A program made the translations under genes and the position numbers. The notes beneath the pieces are model-generated. The model worked only from the letters and a program-made list of their open reading frames with translations, did no database searches and had not been told where the DNA came from. Shown here in pieces: positions 63,350 through 64,000 of a stretch of DNA of 64,000 bases (positions within the stretch are counted from its first letter, which is position 1; each line of letters begins with the position of its first letter). Origin of the DNA: a virus (taxonomy: Duplodnaviria; Heunggongvirae; Uroviricota; Caudoviricetes); the IMG/VR virus record IMGVR_UViG_2724679293_000007, positions 1-64,000 of that record. The stretch is one strand, 5' to 3'.

Positions 63350-63964
63350 TTATTGGAATAACTTACTGATTACATTAAAAACATTAAGGGCGTTACTTGC
63401 CACACTAGACATCTTGGCTGAATTTTTTTCGATTGAGTCAAGAACACTTTCGACTTCCGATAAAGTTCTTCTGCTATCTGCATCTTTTCCTGAGTCTATC
63501 GCATCTTTAATTGCAGATATAGCAGACTCTAAATTCTCCTTAAACTCACCTGTCGTCTCATCCTTCAAGAGAAGTTCTAACTCTTGTTTAAGTTTTTCCA
63601 ATGATGCTCTTTTCTCATCAGTTTTACTAATCTTCCCTGAATAACTGACACAAACACATTCTCTTTTATTGCAGACAGGACAACCATTTAGATAATAACT
63701 TTCAAACGCCTCGCCAAGATCATCATCTTTAAAAATAATCCCCCATAAAGAAAACAACCAAGCATATATATCAGCACACTCTTCATGAAGATTTTCTTTG
63801 TTGTAATTTTTATCTTCAATTGATTTAGCATAAGCCTCTTGCAACTCACCCAACTCTTCGAATAACCTGGATGAATGATAAAACCCACCAAAAGTAGACC
63901 AAATGGTTCTATTCGACGGATAGATATCATTAATCATTCGTGGCGCATAAGGCGGAAATTGCAT
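63350..63964 (-). CDS. MazG-like NTP pyrophosphohydrolase domain protein with CxxC..CxC motif and helical C-terminus (204 aa), AT-rich
   Basis: EELGELQEAY...(17 aa)...EECADIYAWLFSL fits the EExxE...ExxD all-alpha NTP-PPase signature; low GC. Confidence 0.55.
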   Translation of the reverse strand: MQFPPYAPRMINDIYPSNRTIWSTFGGFYHSSRLFEELGELQEAYAKSIEDKNYNKENLHEECADIYAWLFSLWGIIFKDDDLGEAFESYYLNGCPVCNKRECVCVSYSGKISKTDEKRASLEKLKQELELLLKDETTGEFKENLESAISAIKDAIDSGKDADSRRTLSEVESVLDSIEKNSAKMSSVASNALNVFNVISKLFQ

Positions 63965-64000
63965 AGGTTTAATAGCGTTATATTTATTGAAAAGCTCATC

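Overview
The window is a 64-kb stretch of a P1-like temperate phage-plasmid, read across the loxP junction of the P1 map. Annotation is by reading the sequence and ORF track against recalled phage P1 biology; no database search was run, so P1 gene names rest on memory of P1 synteny and protein sizes. Left to right: a + strand operon of uncharacterised phage genes, an SOS-box-controlled humD, the phd-doc addiction module, pdcA/pdcB, lpa, pacA (with the pac site) and pacB, the c1 repressor and coi, loxP and cre. Then cra, ref, mat, a short lxc-ulx-darB block, prt/pro, the lyz endolysin, ssb, the darA antirestriction/lysis operon, cin with its invertible tail-fibre C segment, the baseplate/tail module through sit, tub and pmgC, the immI region (c4 RNA, icd, ant), kilA and repL. 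About ten C1 operator copies and a recurring AAGTNACTT late-promoter element tie the backbone together. The most interesting material is cargo sitting where P1 (as I recall it) carries other genes: a solo GNAT acetyltransferase where P1 has res/mod; a dGTPase-family HD hydrolase plus a small membrane protein between ssb and the dar operon; an AT-rich hexapeptide acetyltransferase inside the Cin-invertible segment; an AT-rich three-gene envelope operon between pmgC and immI; and a hok/mok module with a MazG-like gene after repL. Also notable are a nuclease-like gene split by an in-frame amber codon and a 1-kb non-coding region with a small hydrophobic ORF and a possible sRNA. No rRNA, tRNA, CRISPR array or transposase was found.
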